This document shows, piece by piece, positions 8,421 to 16,584 of a DNA stretch of 17,893 nt; the stretch's first letter is position 1; each line of letters opens with the position of its first letter. A program made the position numbers and the translations under genes. The stretch is from the sequence record ON470621.1, one strand, 5' to 3'. The notes beneath the pieces were generated by a model. It ran no database searches and was not told the DNA's origin. It saw nothing but the letters and a program-made list of their open reading frames with translations. The DNA is from Escherichia phage vB_EcoS-716R1.

Positions 8421-9639
8421 CGTTCTTTTCCTCTTTGCCTTTCGTATCTTTAAAGTTATTCAACGGATTTGCTGCATTTACGCTGACCAGCATTTCATCC
8501 AGACCGTCAACCGGGTTCATATCCTCAAATGCCCTGGCTTCATTCCGACTCATCCAGCCATCTGTAATGGCAAAGTGATAGAACTGCGCACGCTCCTGTG
8601 GGGTCCCACGGAGCAACCCCGTGAGGTTAAAACGAACGTAATACCCGGCAGCCCGTTCTGTACGGGTAAACAGGCGACGGTTAAGCTCCTGCTCCCAGTT
8701 CGCAACCCAGGGCATCATCGTGTAGCGAACAAACTGAATCGCCTGCTGCGTAATATTCGAAAATGTGGCTTTTTCCAGGTCATTAATCATGTGCGCCGGG
8801 ACATTAAAAATCCCTGCAATCATCGACCTGTTCAGCTTGGTCATATCAATGATCTGAGCATCCACCGGAGAAACTGTCAGAGCGCGGTAATCCAGTTGCG
8901 CAGGCAACAGCATGGTTTTATTTTCCTGGCTGCGAAGCGCTGTCACCGCCCGCTGCCACATATTTTTAAGCCTGCCCCAGCTCTGTTCGTTCAGTTCATT
9001 TTTCACAGAAATAATACCGGCAGGACGGGCATTACCGTTAAAAAAGGCGCTGGTATACTGCTGGCCACTCATTCCCATACCAATGGTTTCAGCATGCTGC
9101 ATGATCGGGCTCAGTCCCATTTTCTGATTGTTTCCCAGCGCCCTGATATGGATCATGTCGTCCGGACTTACCGCAAATGCACCCTCTTCGTTATACACCC
9201 CGTAAGTATGACGCCCACCGGTGTTAAGTAACGTGGTTTCCCATGGCATACAGCATTCAAGGCTGGTAACCTCTCCACGACGATTACGTTTTACCCACGT
9301 ATAACCATTGCCCCACCCCAGCACATGACGCTGCTTCAGTTCCCGCCACTTATAGCTGGTCTGCCAGGCATTAGGTTCATCATGAACGAGCCAGAACAAC
9401 GGATGATCGCGTGCAGGCTGAACATGCTCATTCGTTTTTCGCATCACATGCAGGGGCATCTGAGCCACACTGGATGAAATAACATAAATACAGGCATAGA
9501 CAGCAGCCAGCTTCATGGATGTTTCCGGACTGACATACACATCCCGGGCAAAAATATTATCCGTCTCAGCGGCCTCTCCGGTTACCGGAACCGAGGGATT
9601 TTCCAGAGACTCACTGCGAAACAGAGCATCAAGAAGCAT
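8413..9639 (-). CDS. Portal protein (HK97 family)
   Basis: 408-aa ORF between the large terminase and the prohead protease. Size, position and sequence character fit the HK97-family portal. Confidence 0.9.
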   Translation of the reverse strand: MLLDALFRSESLENPSVPVTGEAAETDNIFARDVYVSPETSMKLAAVYACIYVISSSVAQMPLHVMRKTNEHVQPARDHPLFWLVHDEPNAWQTSYKWRELKQRHVLGWGNGYTWVKRNRRGEVTSLECCMPWETTLLNTGGRHTYGVYNEEGAFAVSPDDMIHIRALGNNQKMGLSPIMQHAETIGMGMSGQQYTSAFFNGNARPAGIISVKNELNEQSWGRLKNMWQRAVTALRSQENKTMLLPAQLDYRALTVSPVDAQIIDMTKLNRSMIAGIFNVPAHMINDLEKATFSNITQQAIQFVRYTMMPWVANWEQELNRRLFTRTERAAGYYVRFNLTGLLRGTPQERAQFYHFAITDGWMSRNEARAFEDMNPVDGLDEMLVSVNAANPLNNFKDTKGKEEKNDE

Positions 9640-9769
9640 GTTTTCTCCTCATGGACACTACCAGTGCATAAAGCAGCAACAAACAGCCCGACAGCATCAG
9701 AGACGCTGGCAGACCTGCATACAGATAAACGCCAGCAGTGAGCAAACCGAAACCGATCAGCCCGGTCAT
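9629..9769 (-). CDS. Possible small hydrophobic protein (46 aa) between large terminase and portal
   Basis: ATG at 9769, stop at 9629-9631, encoding MTGLIGFGLLTAGVYLYAGLPASLMLSGCLLLLYALVVSMRRKHAS with two hydrophobic stretches. It fills an otherwise unexplained 147-nt gap. No convincing Shine-Dalgarno, and too short to appear in the supplied track. Confidence 0.3.
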   Translation of the reverse strand: MTGLIGFGLLTAGVYLYAGLPASLMLSGCLLLLYALVVSMRRKHAS

Positions 9770-9786
9770 ATCAGTAATAAGCTGTT

Positions 9787-11544
9787 TCACAGAATTAACA
9801 GGTCCTCATCAGGATCAAGCGTGGACAGAAAGTCATTCACGCCCCCGCCATTTACCAGAAAGCGGCTCATGGCCGTAAAAAGCGCAACAGGGCCGTCGAT
9901 TTTGGCTTCAGGCGTGGATTTATTCGGGAAGATGTTGTCGTTTTTGTCCGGTTTTACCGTAACGTTAGACATCATCCAGTTCATGACCGGATGATTGCTG
10001 TGATGGAAACGCCCGGCATAAACCAGTGATTCCGTTTCCTTCATGGCCTCTGACAGATTGCGGACCGTCTGCGGAACCTCCACCAGCGGTATCCCTTCTT
10101 CAGCCAGTGCCAGGCTGAACTGCATTGCGCTCCACGGGTCAAATCCCAGTTCCCTGAGGTTTTCACCGCCAATCCATTCCAGTAAGTCACTTTTTATCTG
10201 AGCATGATCGATAACATCACCATCCGTCAGGATGAGCTTATCCATCTCCGCCCACTTCCGGTAAAGTTCTGCCTGCTGCCGCGAGCATCGCTCCAGCCGT
10301 CCTTCCGGAAGCCAGAATTTAAAATCAGCATGAACATGTCCGTTATCGGTTCGCCAGAGTTTTGCCGCCGCACAGATATCAATCTTATGAGCAAGGTCGA
10401 CGCCGACCCACATGGGATATGTTTTCAGCTCATGTTGTGGAGCAATGTATTCGCACTTCTCCCACTTAATCATATCCATCCAGGCAGATTCGGCAGTGAC
10501 CCACACATTCATGTGTTTGGTAAAAAAATTCACCCGCGCAGAGACCTGCTCCTTCGCTTTTTTCGCCAGACGACGCAGATCATCCCAGCGTTTACAGATG
10601 CCCAGGCCAGGATTCGCTTTCTGCCAGACCGTTTCATCAAACGGATCATCTCCCTCATCGAGCGTGTAAATGATCGCAAAGTAGGAGTCGTCTTTTACCG
10701 CGCCCTCCACGTCGCTGTTATAGCCTCGCAATACCTTAATGGCGTAATCGCGCTGCTCGTAGCAAATCCCTTCCTTGTTAAAGCCAGCCGTGGTGATGCC
10801 AAATAACAGAGACTGCAGACGGGCACCGGTTGCCGTTTCCAGAACGTCCCACACGTCACGGGTTTTATGAGCATGCAGCTCATCAATAATGGCGCAGTGG
10901 ATGTTCAGACCGTCCAGGTTGTTTGCATCCGAGGAAAGCGGTTCAAATTTTGATGCGCTCTGCTCCTGGTAAATCGCCAGCTTGTTGAAATCAAACAACC
11001 GCCCGAGTGTCGACCGGGCTTTTCTGACCATATTTTTGGCGTCTTCAAACACAATTCTGGCCTGGTCACGCGTGGTTGCGGCTGAATACACCTCAGCCCC
11101 GCCTTCACCATCTGCCCCCGTCATATACAGACCGATACCCGATGACAGGGTTGATTTTGCGTTTTTACGGGCAACTTCGTTGTATGCTGTCCGGAACCGG
11201 CGCACCATCACCGGGCGTCCACTGCCATCGCTGCGCATGACAACTTCCCCGGTTTCTTCATTCACCAGCGGAATGACAAAACCAAAAATATTAATGAGGA
11301 TAAACACATGCCAGTCCATCAACTCAATGGGCTGACCTGCCAGCGCCCCTTTCACATGGGGTACAAATTTGTAGAAATTAAGGATGTGCTGTGCACGGGG
11401 TTCACTGAAATAAATCCCCCGCTCTTCGCCGTACTTCAGATCATCAAGAAAACGCTGGCAGGCCAGACGGACAAATTCGCCAGCAACAATTTCTCCTGCA
11501 ACAACACGTTCGGCGTAGCGGATCCCGTCAGCCACTTTTGCCAT
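9787..11544 (-). CDS. Terminase large subunit (Terminase_1 family)
   Basis: 585 aa with RRFRTAYNEVARKNAKST (ATPase P-loop region) and EVYSAATTRDQA motifs, and a C-terminal nuclease-like region. Start overlaps the small subunit stop. Confidence 0.9.
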   Translation of the reverse strand: MAKVADGIRYAERVVAGEIVAGEFVRLACQRFLDDLKYGEERGIYFSEPRAQHILNFYKFVPHVKGALAGQPIELMDWHVFILINIFGFVIPLVNEETGEVVMRSDGSGRPVMVRRFRTAYNEVARKNAKSTLSSGIGLYMTGADGEGGAEVYSAATTRDQARIVFEDAKNMVRKARSTLGRLFDFNKLAIYQEQSASKFEPLSSDANNLDGLNIHCAIIDELHAHKTRDVWDVLETATGARLQSLLFGITTAGFNKEGICYEQRDYAIKVLRGYNSDVEGAVKDDSYFAIIYTLDEGDDPFDETVWQKANPGLGICKRWDDLRRLAKKAKEQVSARVNFFTKHMNVWVTAESAWMDMIKWEKCEYIAPQHELKTYPMWVGVDLAHKIDICAAAKLWRTDNGHVHADFKFWLPEGRLERCSRQQAELYRKWAEMDKLILTDGDVIDHAQIKSDLLEWIGGENLRELGFDPWSAMQFSLALAEEGIPLVEVPQTVRNLSEAMKETESLVYAGRFHHSNHPVMNWMMSNVTVKPDKNDNIFPNKSTPEAKIDGPVALFTAMSRFLVNGGGVNDFLSTLDPDEDLLIL

Positions 11545-12026
11545 CAGTCTCTCGCTTTTAAAAGCTCTGCCAGCGGATCAACATCATCCGGTCCGGCGGT
11601 ATTTACTTTCGCCCGGCTTGCCGGTGACATACCAAACTCTGCAAGCATCGCCCGAATCCGCTTCCAGGCATCAGCCTTCATCGCAGCAGCCGGGTGTGCC
11701 TTGATCAGCACATCGCCATTCTGCGTTTCCGTGCGGTAGGTATAACCCTCAACATCGAGTATTTCGCAGTGATGCCGGTATTCGGTGTAGGCTTCCACCA
11801 GTAACTCGAGCGCACGTGCATCGAGCTGAGAAATGATCCCTTCCGCATTCAGCTCTTCCGCCATTCGCCTGAACCAGTACTTCCCCTGCGCCCCTAAATG
11901 TTGCGGAATTTTAGGGAGACCTTTTTCATCCTTTTTAGCGGTTTTTTTGGAGTCTTTAACTGGCCGCTTTGAGGGGTTACCTCGTATCAAATGCAGGCGT
12001 GGCGGGGTTTTCGGGGGTCCAGACAT
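11544..12026 (-). CDS. Terminase small subunit (P27 family)
   Basis: 160 aa with a basic N-terminus (PPKTPPRLHLIRGNPSKRP), placed directly upstream of and coupled to the large subunit. Confidence 0.8.
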   Translation of the reverse strand: MSGPPKTPPRLHLIRGNPSKRPVKDSKKTAKKDEKGLPKIPQHLGAQGKYWFRRMAEELNAEGIISQLDARALELLVEAYTEYRHHCEILDVEGYTYRTETQNGDVLIKAHPAAAMKADAWKRIRAMLAEFGMSPASRAKVNTAGPDDVDPLAELLKARD

Positions 12027-12173
12027 AATCGATTTTACCTATCAATCATTTAATCACATTCCAAAAAAAAGTTTTCGAACCTGCGGCGATGCGAGGAAAG
12101 GTCAGGCGGCGGTACTGAGCAGCCAGGGTTGCAGAGATTTGACCTGCCCCTCCCCTACAGATGGGAACTGTTA

Positions 12174-12524
12174 TCAATTGAGGCGTTCGCGCGCTGTTTT
12201 TGCTTTATGACAGGGCCAGCACAGACTCTGCAGGTTACTGTCTGCATCCGTGCCACCATGAGCTTTCGGAATGATGTGGTCCACAGTTCTGGCTTCAACG
12301 GCTCTCCCATTGCGCAGGCAGTTCTGACACAGATGATTATCACGCTTCAGTATGCGCGCACGTATGGCATCCCATTTCGAGCCATAGCCACGCTGGTGGC
12401 GGCTCAGTCCGCGTTGATGCTGTACCCATCCTTCGCCACGATGTTTATCGCAGTAACCAGAACTGTCTGTGGTTGTACCTGCACATCCACGCTTACGGCA
12501 GGCGCGTGGGATTCGTGGGGGCAT
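12174..12524 (-). CDS. HNH endonuclease
   Basis: Cys/His-rich with an HNH-like core (DHIIPKAHGGTDADSNLQSLCWPCHKAK). Start set at the ATG at 12524, which follows a GGAG; the track ORF begins further upstream at 12623. Confidence 0.8.
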   Translation of the reverse strand: MPPRIPRACRKRGCAGTTTDSSGYCDKHRGEGWVQHQRGLSRHQRGYGSKWDAIRARILKRDNHLCQNCLRNGRAVEARTVDHIIPKAHGGTDADSNLQSLCWPCHKAKTARERLN

Positions 12525-12644
12525 ATGTACTCCAATGAAGAAGCCACCGACATAGCCTCCTCCATTCATAGTGAAACTATTTTCATCTACCCAGTAATGA
12601 ATTCTTTGTAGAGTTGTGATCAATACAACTCACTAATGGAGAGG

Positions 12645-12681
12645 CTTGTCCAACACGTTGGACAAGTTTCCTGTTTGATTT
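12645..12681 (+). terminator. Perfect 10-bp inverted repeat followed by a T-rich run (terminator or operator)
   Basis: CTTGTCCAAC-AC-GTTGGACAAG followed on the plus strand by TTTCCTGTTTGATTT, in the divergent region between HNH and the plus-strand small ORF/bor unit. Confidence 0.3.
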
Positions 12682-12746
12682 ACTGGACACTATAGAAGGA
12701 CAGAATGCCTTCATCACTCGAATAACATCAATTAAGGAGGTTCAAC

Positions 12747-12869
12747 ATGTTTCATTCCACAAATCATCAGGCTGTAATTATGGCTGCATCAGCTTGTGCC
12801 ACAGACCTTTTCCGCTTCACTTTGAGCCTGATTCATTTCTACCTGACCGGCTCGCCTCTATCTTTTTAA
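12747..12869 (+). CDS. Small ORF (40 aa) with near-consensus Shine-Dalgarno
   Basis: TAAGGAGG, 6-nt spacer, then ATG. Encodes MFHSTNHQAVIMAASACATDLFRFTLSLIHFYLTGSPLSF. Same strand as and upstream of bor. Confidence 0.35.
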   Translation: MFHSTNHQAVIMAASACATDLFRFTLSLIHFYLTGSPLSF

Positions 12870-13049
12870 TCCCCGCTTTATCCAAATTGCATTGCCAGAA
12901 TGCCGACAACAGACTGACATTCAAATCCTGACTACCTCCAATAGGCTGAGCATCCACCTATATAGTTTTAATTTTCATCAATCCATTTAACTATCGTTTA
13001 ATTGTTGTCACATAGGATTCTGCCGTTTTTAACAATGCAGGATAATAAG

Positions 13050-13343
13050 ATGAAAAAAATGTTGTTTTCTGCCGCTCTGGCAATGCTTATTACAGGATGT
13101 GCTCAACAGACGTTTACTGTTGGAAACAAACCGACAGCAGTAACACCAAAGGAAACCATCACCCATCATTTCTTCGTTTCGGGAATTGGACAGGAGAAAA
13201 CTGTTGATGCAGCCAAAATTTGTGGCGGCGCAGAAAATGTTGTTAAAACAGAAACCCAGCAAACATTCGTAAATGGATTTCTCGGTTTTATTACTTTAGG
13301 CATTTATACTCCACTGGAAGCGCGTGTGTATTGCTCACAATAA
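13050..13343 (+). CDS. bor: Bor/Iss-family outer-membrane lipoprotein
   Basis: MKKMLFSAALAMLITGCAQQTFTV...ETITHHFFVSGIGQ...VDAAKICGGAENVVKTETQQTFVNG...IYTPLEARVYCSQ is a near-match to lambda Bor as I remember it, with an LITGC lipobox. Convergent with Rz, as in lambda. AGGA Shine-Dalgarno before the ATG. Confidence 0.9.
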   Translation: MKKMLFSAALAMLITGCAQQTFTVGNKPTAVTPKETITHHFFVSGIGQEKTVDAAKICGGAENVVKTETQQTFVNGFLGFITLGIYTPLEARVYCSQ

Positions 13344-13374
13344 TTGCATGAGTTGCCCATCGATATGGGCAGCT

Positions 13375-13836
13375 CTATCTGCACTGCTCATTAATATACT
13401 TCTGGGTTCCTTCCAGTTGTTTTTGCATTGTGATCAGCCTCTCTCTGAGGGTGAAATAATCCCGTTCAGCGGTGTCTGCCAGTCGGGGGCTGGTTGCATT
13501 ATCCACGCCGGAGGCGGTGGTGGCTTCACGCACTGACTGACAGACTGCTTTGATGTGCAACCGACGACGACCAGCGGCAACATCAGCGCGCAGAGTTTCA
13601 TTTTCAGCTTTCGCATTGGCTAATTCTCTCGAGTACTTTGCATCGAGTGCAGCAACATCACGCTGACGCTGCTGCATGTCAGCGATAGTGGCGATCGCCT
13701 GCTTCAGCTCACTGACTTTTTTATCACGCTGTTCTTTGTAGGCGATGGCGTTATCACGGTAATGATTGACCGCCCACGACAGGCAGACGATGATGCAGAT
13801 AACCAAAGCATAAATAATCGCGGCGACTCTGCTCAC
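13375..13836 (-). CDS. Rz: Spanin inner-membrane subunit Rz
   Basis: Very close to lambda Rz ([29 protein letters not shown]...[63 protein letters not shown]). Probable GTG start at 13836 overlapping the endolysin stop. Confidence 0.9.
   Translation of the reverse strand: MSRVAAIIYALVICIIVCLSWAVNHYRDNAIAYKEQRDKKVSELKQAIATIADMQQRQRDVAALDAKYSRELANAKAENETLRADVAAGRRRLHIKAVCQSVREATTASGVDNATSPRLADTAERDYFTLRERLITMQKQLEGTQKYINEQCR
13434..13616 (-). CDS. Rz1: Spanin outer-membrane lipoprotein Rz1, embedded in Rz in the +1 frame
   Basis: [59 protein letters not shown] closely matches lambda Rz1, including the VVGC lipobox and the penta-proline stretch. Confidence 0.85.
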   Translation of the reverse strand: MRKLKMKLCALMLPLVVVGCTSKQSVSQCVKPPPPPAWIMQPAPDWQTPLNGIISPSERG

Positions 13837-14366
13837 TGCTCTATCCCCCAACAGGCTAATGCGCTTTCCTGGTCACGACGAATAACCTGTCCATAGCAGT
13901 TATTTGAACGTATGCGGCAATCGCGCCCACCATCTTTTATCCACCAGCGAATCGCCTCGCATGCGCCCTTACGATCACCGGCATTCAGCCGCTTATAAAA
14001 CGTCGACGGGAAACACTTACCGGGGCCAATGTTATAGGGACAGAATGACGCTATACCCGCTTTTTGTGGTTCGGTCAGTAGTACTTTAATATTGCGCTCC
14101 ACCCATGCCAGCGCCTTATCACGCTCAATGGCGTTGACCTGGTCGCATTTTTCCTTCGACAGTTTCATACCGGGAAAAACGGGTTTTCCATCCACCATCG
14201 TGGCACCCCGACAGATGGTCCAGATGCCGGACCCATCGCGGTATGCCGTTGTGTGGTTACCTTCTTTTTCATCCAGAAACTGGTCGAGAATATCAGGCGC
14301 GGGCGCACCGACGGCAATCAGTGCCAGAACGGCAGCCGACAGGCCGTATCTGATTTTTGCGTTCAT
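13833..14366 (-). CDS. SAR endolysin (T4-lysozyme-like, GH24)
   Basis: The N-terminus [18 protein letters not shown] is a weakly hydrophobic Gly/Ala-rich signal-anchor-release segment. It is followed by E...D...T catalytic spacing ([19 protein letters not shown]) of T4-type lysozymes. Confidence 0.85.
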   Translation of the reverse strand: MNAKIRYGLSAAVLALIAVGAPAPDILDQFLDEKEGNHTTAYRDGSGIWTICRGATMVDGKPVFPGMKLSKEKCDQVNAIERDKALAWVERNIKVLLTEPQKAGIASFCPYNIGPGKCFPSTFYKRLNAGDRKGACEAIRWWIKDGGRDCRIRSNNCYGQVIRRDQESALACWGIEQ

Positions 14367-14429
14367 GGATATTTATCAGGATTTATCGGTTTCTGCCCAC
14401 GGACAGGTTTATCTGTTCCGGTCAGTGAC

Positions 14430-14780
14430 TTAAGGTTGTGATTCCGGAGGAGTCTTCAGAGAACCAGTAATTCTTCCCGGTAGCTTTCCTTTGTAGGTTA
14501 TCCATACATTCTGCGCCTCTAAAATTACGGGGCGCTTTTCCGGCGACTGCTCATCCCCTTCACATAACCCGGCAGCAACATCCAGGAAGACCTGTCTGAT
14601 ACTCATTCTGGCTGCTGCCTCATAAAACTCCAGCGCGGCACCTTCAACACGGTCCAGCGAGATGTCCAGGTCAAAAATTTCACCGTCAAAGCGTTTTTTG
14701 TCCCGTAACGCTAAAGTTACCGTAACTTTATTCTCAAAATTGCGGATCCCTTTCACAATCAGTTCATAGTTTTGAGTCAT
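14430..14780 (-). CDS. Hypothetical protein (116 aa) inserted between holin and endolysin
   Basis: The ATG at 14780 is 4 nt after the holin TAA and preceded by GGAGAG. No transmembrane segment or motif I recognise; acidic, soluble-looking. A 63-nt gap separates it from the endolysin start. Confidence 0.6.
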   Translation of the reverse strand: MTQNYELIVKGIRNFENKVTVTLALRDKKRFDGEIFDLDISLDRVEGAALEFYEAAARMSIRQVFLDVAAGLCEGDEQSPEKRPVILEAQNVWITYKGKLPGRITGSLKTPPESQP

Positions 14781-14784
14781 TGAA

Positions 14785-15000
14785 TTACTCTCCCCGTGCC
14801 GCCTTACGACGGTCCTCTCTGATTTTGAAATACAGGTTAGTCAGATATGTCAGCAGCCCAAACAGCAGACTCCCCAGCACGCCTATTGCCGCCCACTGAG
14901 ACGGGGAAACCCTGTCCAGCAACTGCAGGAACCAGTAGCCCGTTCCCACCGCTGACGTGGTGTATGACACACCTGTTGTGATTTTTTCCATCTGGTCCAT
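14785..15000 (-). CDS. Pinholin, S21 class, with dual-start motif
   Basis: [71 protein letters not shown] closely matches phage 21 S as I remember it. There are two in-frame ATGs (M1, M4) for antiholin/holin, two transmembrane segments, and GGAG upstream. The track ORF extends upstream from a GTG. Confidence 0.85.
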   Translation of the reverse strand: MDQMEKITTGVSYTTSAVGTGYWFLQLLDRVSPSQWAAIGVLGSLLFGLLTYLTNLYFKIREDRRKAARGE

Positions 15001-15307
15001 ACCCCGTCTCCCGTTATCCGGAAGCTGACAACAATAAAAAAGCCACCAGTTAACTACTGATGGCTCTGATAACTCATGCAAGCGTCTCAGACGATCCACT
15101 GACACTACCGGTGAGTTTAACGATACCTTCCATTTGACTGGCTCACTTTTTATGATGATGCCGGTGTATTTATCTCCAGCACCAGACTTTCTATCTCAAC
15201 GCCATACGTTGCATTTTTGGTAATATCCGTCAGCGTCAGTGCATTTAGTCCCACTGCCAGACCGTCTTTTATGGTCTGGAATGCCGGGCCAGTACGATGA
15301 CGTAGTA

Positions 15308-15496
15308 TCACTCCGGCTCAGTTGCACCACTGACCACCACATCACCTTCTGCTGCAATCGCCTGCATCAGGGTATAAGGGGTTATGGCCACCGGACTACC
15401 AAACGGCTGCCAGCCCTCTTTCAGTTTATGTGTCAGCTTTTCCGCAAGATCTGACGGCGGCGCCGCCCTGACAACATCATAGTGTTTAAATGCCAT
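15308..15496 (-). CDS. Conserved lambdoid-prophage hypothetical protein (DUF1737-like) upstream of the holin
   Basis: 62-67 aa ORF (MAFKHYDVVRAAPPSDLAEKLTHKLKEGWQPFGSPVAITPYTLMQAIAAEGDVVVSGATEPE). The family assignment is from memory. The start is ambiguous between the ATG at 15511 and the ATG at 15496. Confidence 0.5.
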   Translation of the reverse strand: MAFKHYDVVRAAPPSDLAEKLTHKLKEGWQPFGSPVAITPYTLMQAIAAEGDVVVSGATEPE

Positions 15497-15756
15497 GGTT
15501 CTTTCCACCATCTGAAAAATAATTCTTTAAAATACCAGACATGTAACACAGAAAAAACACAAAACCATACCTTAAATAGAAACCTGATCATCAAGCAGAT
15601 ATGCATGGATAAACTACAAGACGAGATATAAACCACCCTGCATTTAAATAAACAATAAACAACATCAGAAAAATAATTCTGCTCTATGGTTTATATTCAA
15701 AAATATCATTTATACTTTTCAGAACATCACCAGCAAGGCATAAACAAGGAAGCTAA

Positions 15757-16092
15757 ATGAAGTGGATTGTAATTGATACAGTTATCCAGCCATCATGCGG
15801 AATATCTTTTTCAGTCATATGGAGTAAAGTAAAATTAATAATCTGGTATCAATCGGATGCTTTCTTACCTCCTGAAAGTATATTTACACTGACTCACACA
15901 GGTATCATGCTCAATAACAAAGTGCTACCTGTAACCATTTACAACGTAGTACCATTCAATAAAACATTCTGGAATTTAATCAAAAACAGCCAGGAATGCC
16001 CTACAAATACAGATAACGTATTGAATGAATGCTTTAATAACCGTTGCATTCTGCAAATATGTCCTTATGGACTAAAACAACAAAGTCCATAA
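15757..16092 (+). CDS. Hypothetical protein (111 aa) in a low-GC island, opposite strand to the late operon
   Basis: AAGGAAG Shine-Dalgarno 5 nt before the ATG. A 111-codon open frame in very AT-rich DNA is unlikely by chance because stop codons are AT-rich. Cys-containing C-terminus ([16 protein letters not shown]); no recognisable family. Confidence 0.45.
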   Translation: MKWIVIDTVIQPSCGISFSVIWSKVKLIIWYQSDAFLPPESIFTLTHTGIMLNNKVLPVTIYNVVPFNKTFWNLIKNSQECPTNTDNVLNECFNNRCILQICPYGLKQQSP

Positions 16093-16109
16093 GGAGTTTA
16101 CTCACATCT

Positions 16110-16320
16110 GACAAAATCAATATAAACAGCCCCTCCGGAGAGGGGCTGGAGAGTGGCGCTATGTGCCATTGCATGGTGCCGGGTGCCTCCCGGTGAATTC
16201 AGTACCAGCACCTGAATCCGCGATTATCCCATATACCTACTCGCTGATTACCCCTCCGCACAGGGGGATTCACCATGCGAAATTTTTTAACAAACTTCCC
16301 GCCGGCCAGACAATAATCGC
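16110..16320 (-). repeat. Copy 1 of a ~200-bp structured repeat unit (candidate sRNA gene with promoter-like box and intrinsic terminator)
   Basis: Shares with copy 2 the blocks GCATGGTGAATCCCCCT, ATTCAG...CTGAAT stem, ACCGGGAGGC.CC.GGCACCATGC, and an identical hairpin AGCCCCTCTCCGGAGGGGCT followed by a T-rich run (minus sense). Upstream conserved TTGTCTGG...TTTGTTAAAAA box. Confidence 0.6.
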
Positions 16321-16584
16321 CAGCCTGAATTATGAGCAACGTGGCATTTTACGGGAAAACTGTTTTCTGCAGTAAAAAGGCCCGCCGGAGCGAGCCTGGA
16401 AGGATAGCGGTCATGTGATGCCGGTTTCCCGGTAACTCAGCATCGGTATCTGAGTCAACGTTTTCTCTACTGGGTCATTTCCGATACGTTCCGCCTTCCG
16501 GCAGACTTTCATCACGTCAGAAAATATAGCACCCTGAGTAACAGGACAGTACTCAGAATTCAGGAAACTGTGACACATCCTGCA

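Noticed and set aside
335-11544. Numerous plus-strand ORFs overlapping the structural genes (e.g. 452-757, 1790-2083, 4864-5433, 7349-7816, 8575-9231, 10204-10806, 10982-11335, 11308-11739)
   Set aside because: These lie antisense to long, well-supported minus-strand genes and lack ribosome-binding sites or recognisable products. They are shadow ORFs.
12027-12173. Exact cos cleavage site
   Set aside because: I do not recall an HK97-type cos sequence well enough to place the cut by eye, so only the interval is proposed.
12129-12611. 160-aa plus-strand ORF across the HNH gene
   Set aside because: It is antisense to the HNH endonuclease ORF, which has clear motifs, and has no start signals of its own.
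14785-15105. Extended holin ORF starting at 15105
   Set aside because: The extension begins at a GTG and adds 35 residues not found in S21-type pinholins. The ATG at 15000 has a GGAG Shine-Dalgarno and gives the canonical dual-start N-terminus.
15239-15636. ORFs at 15239-15454 (+) and 15433-15636 (-)
   Set aside because: They overlap the DUF1737-like gene or its upstream region, and have low-complexity translations and no start signals.
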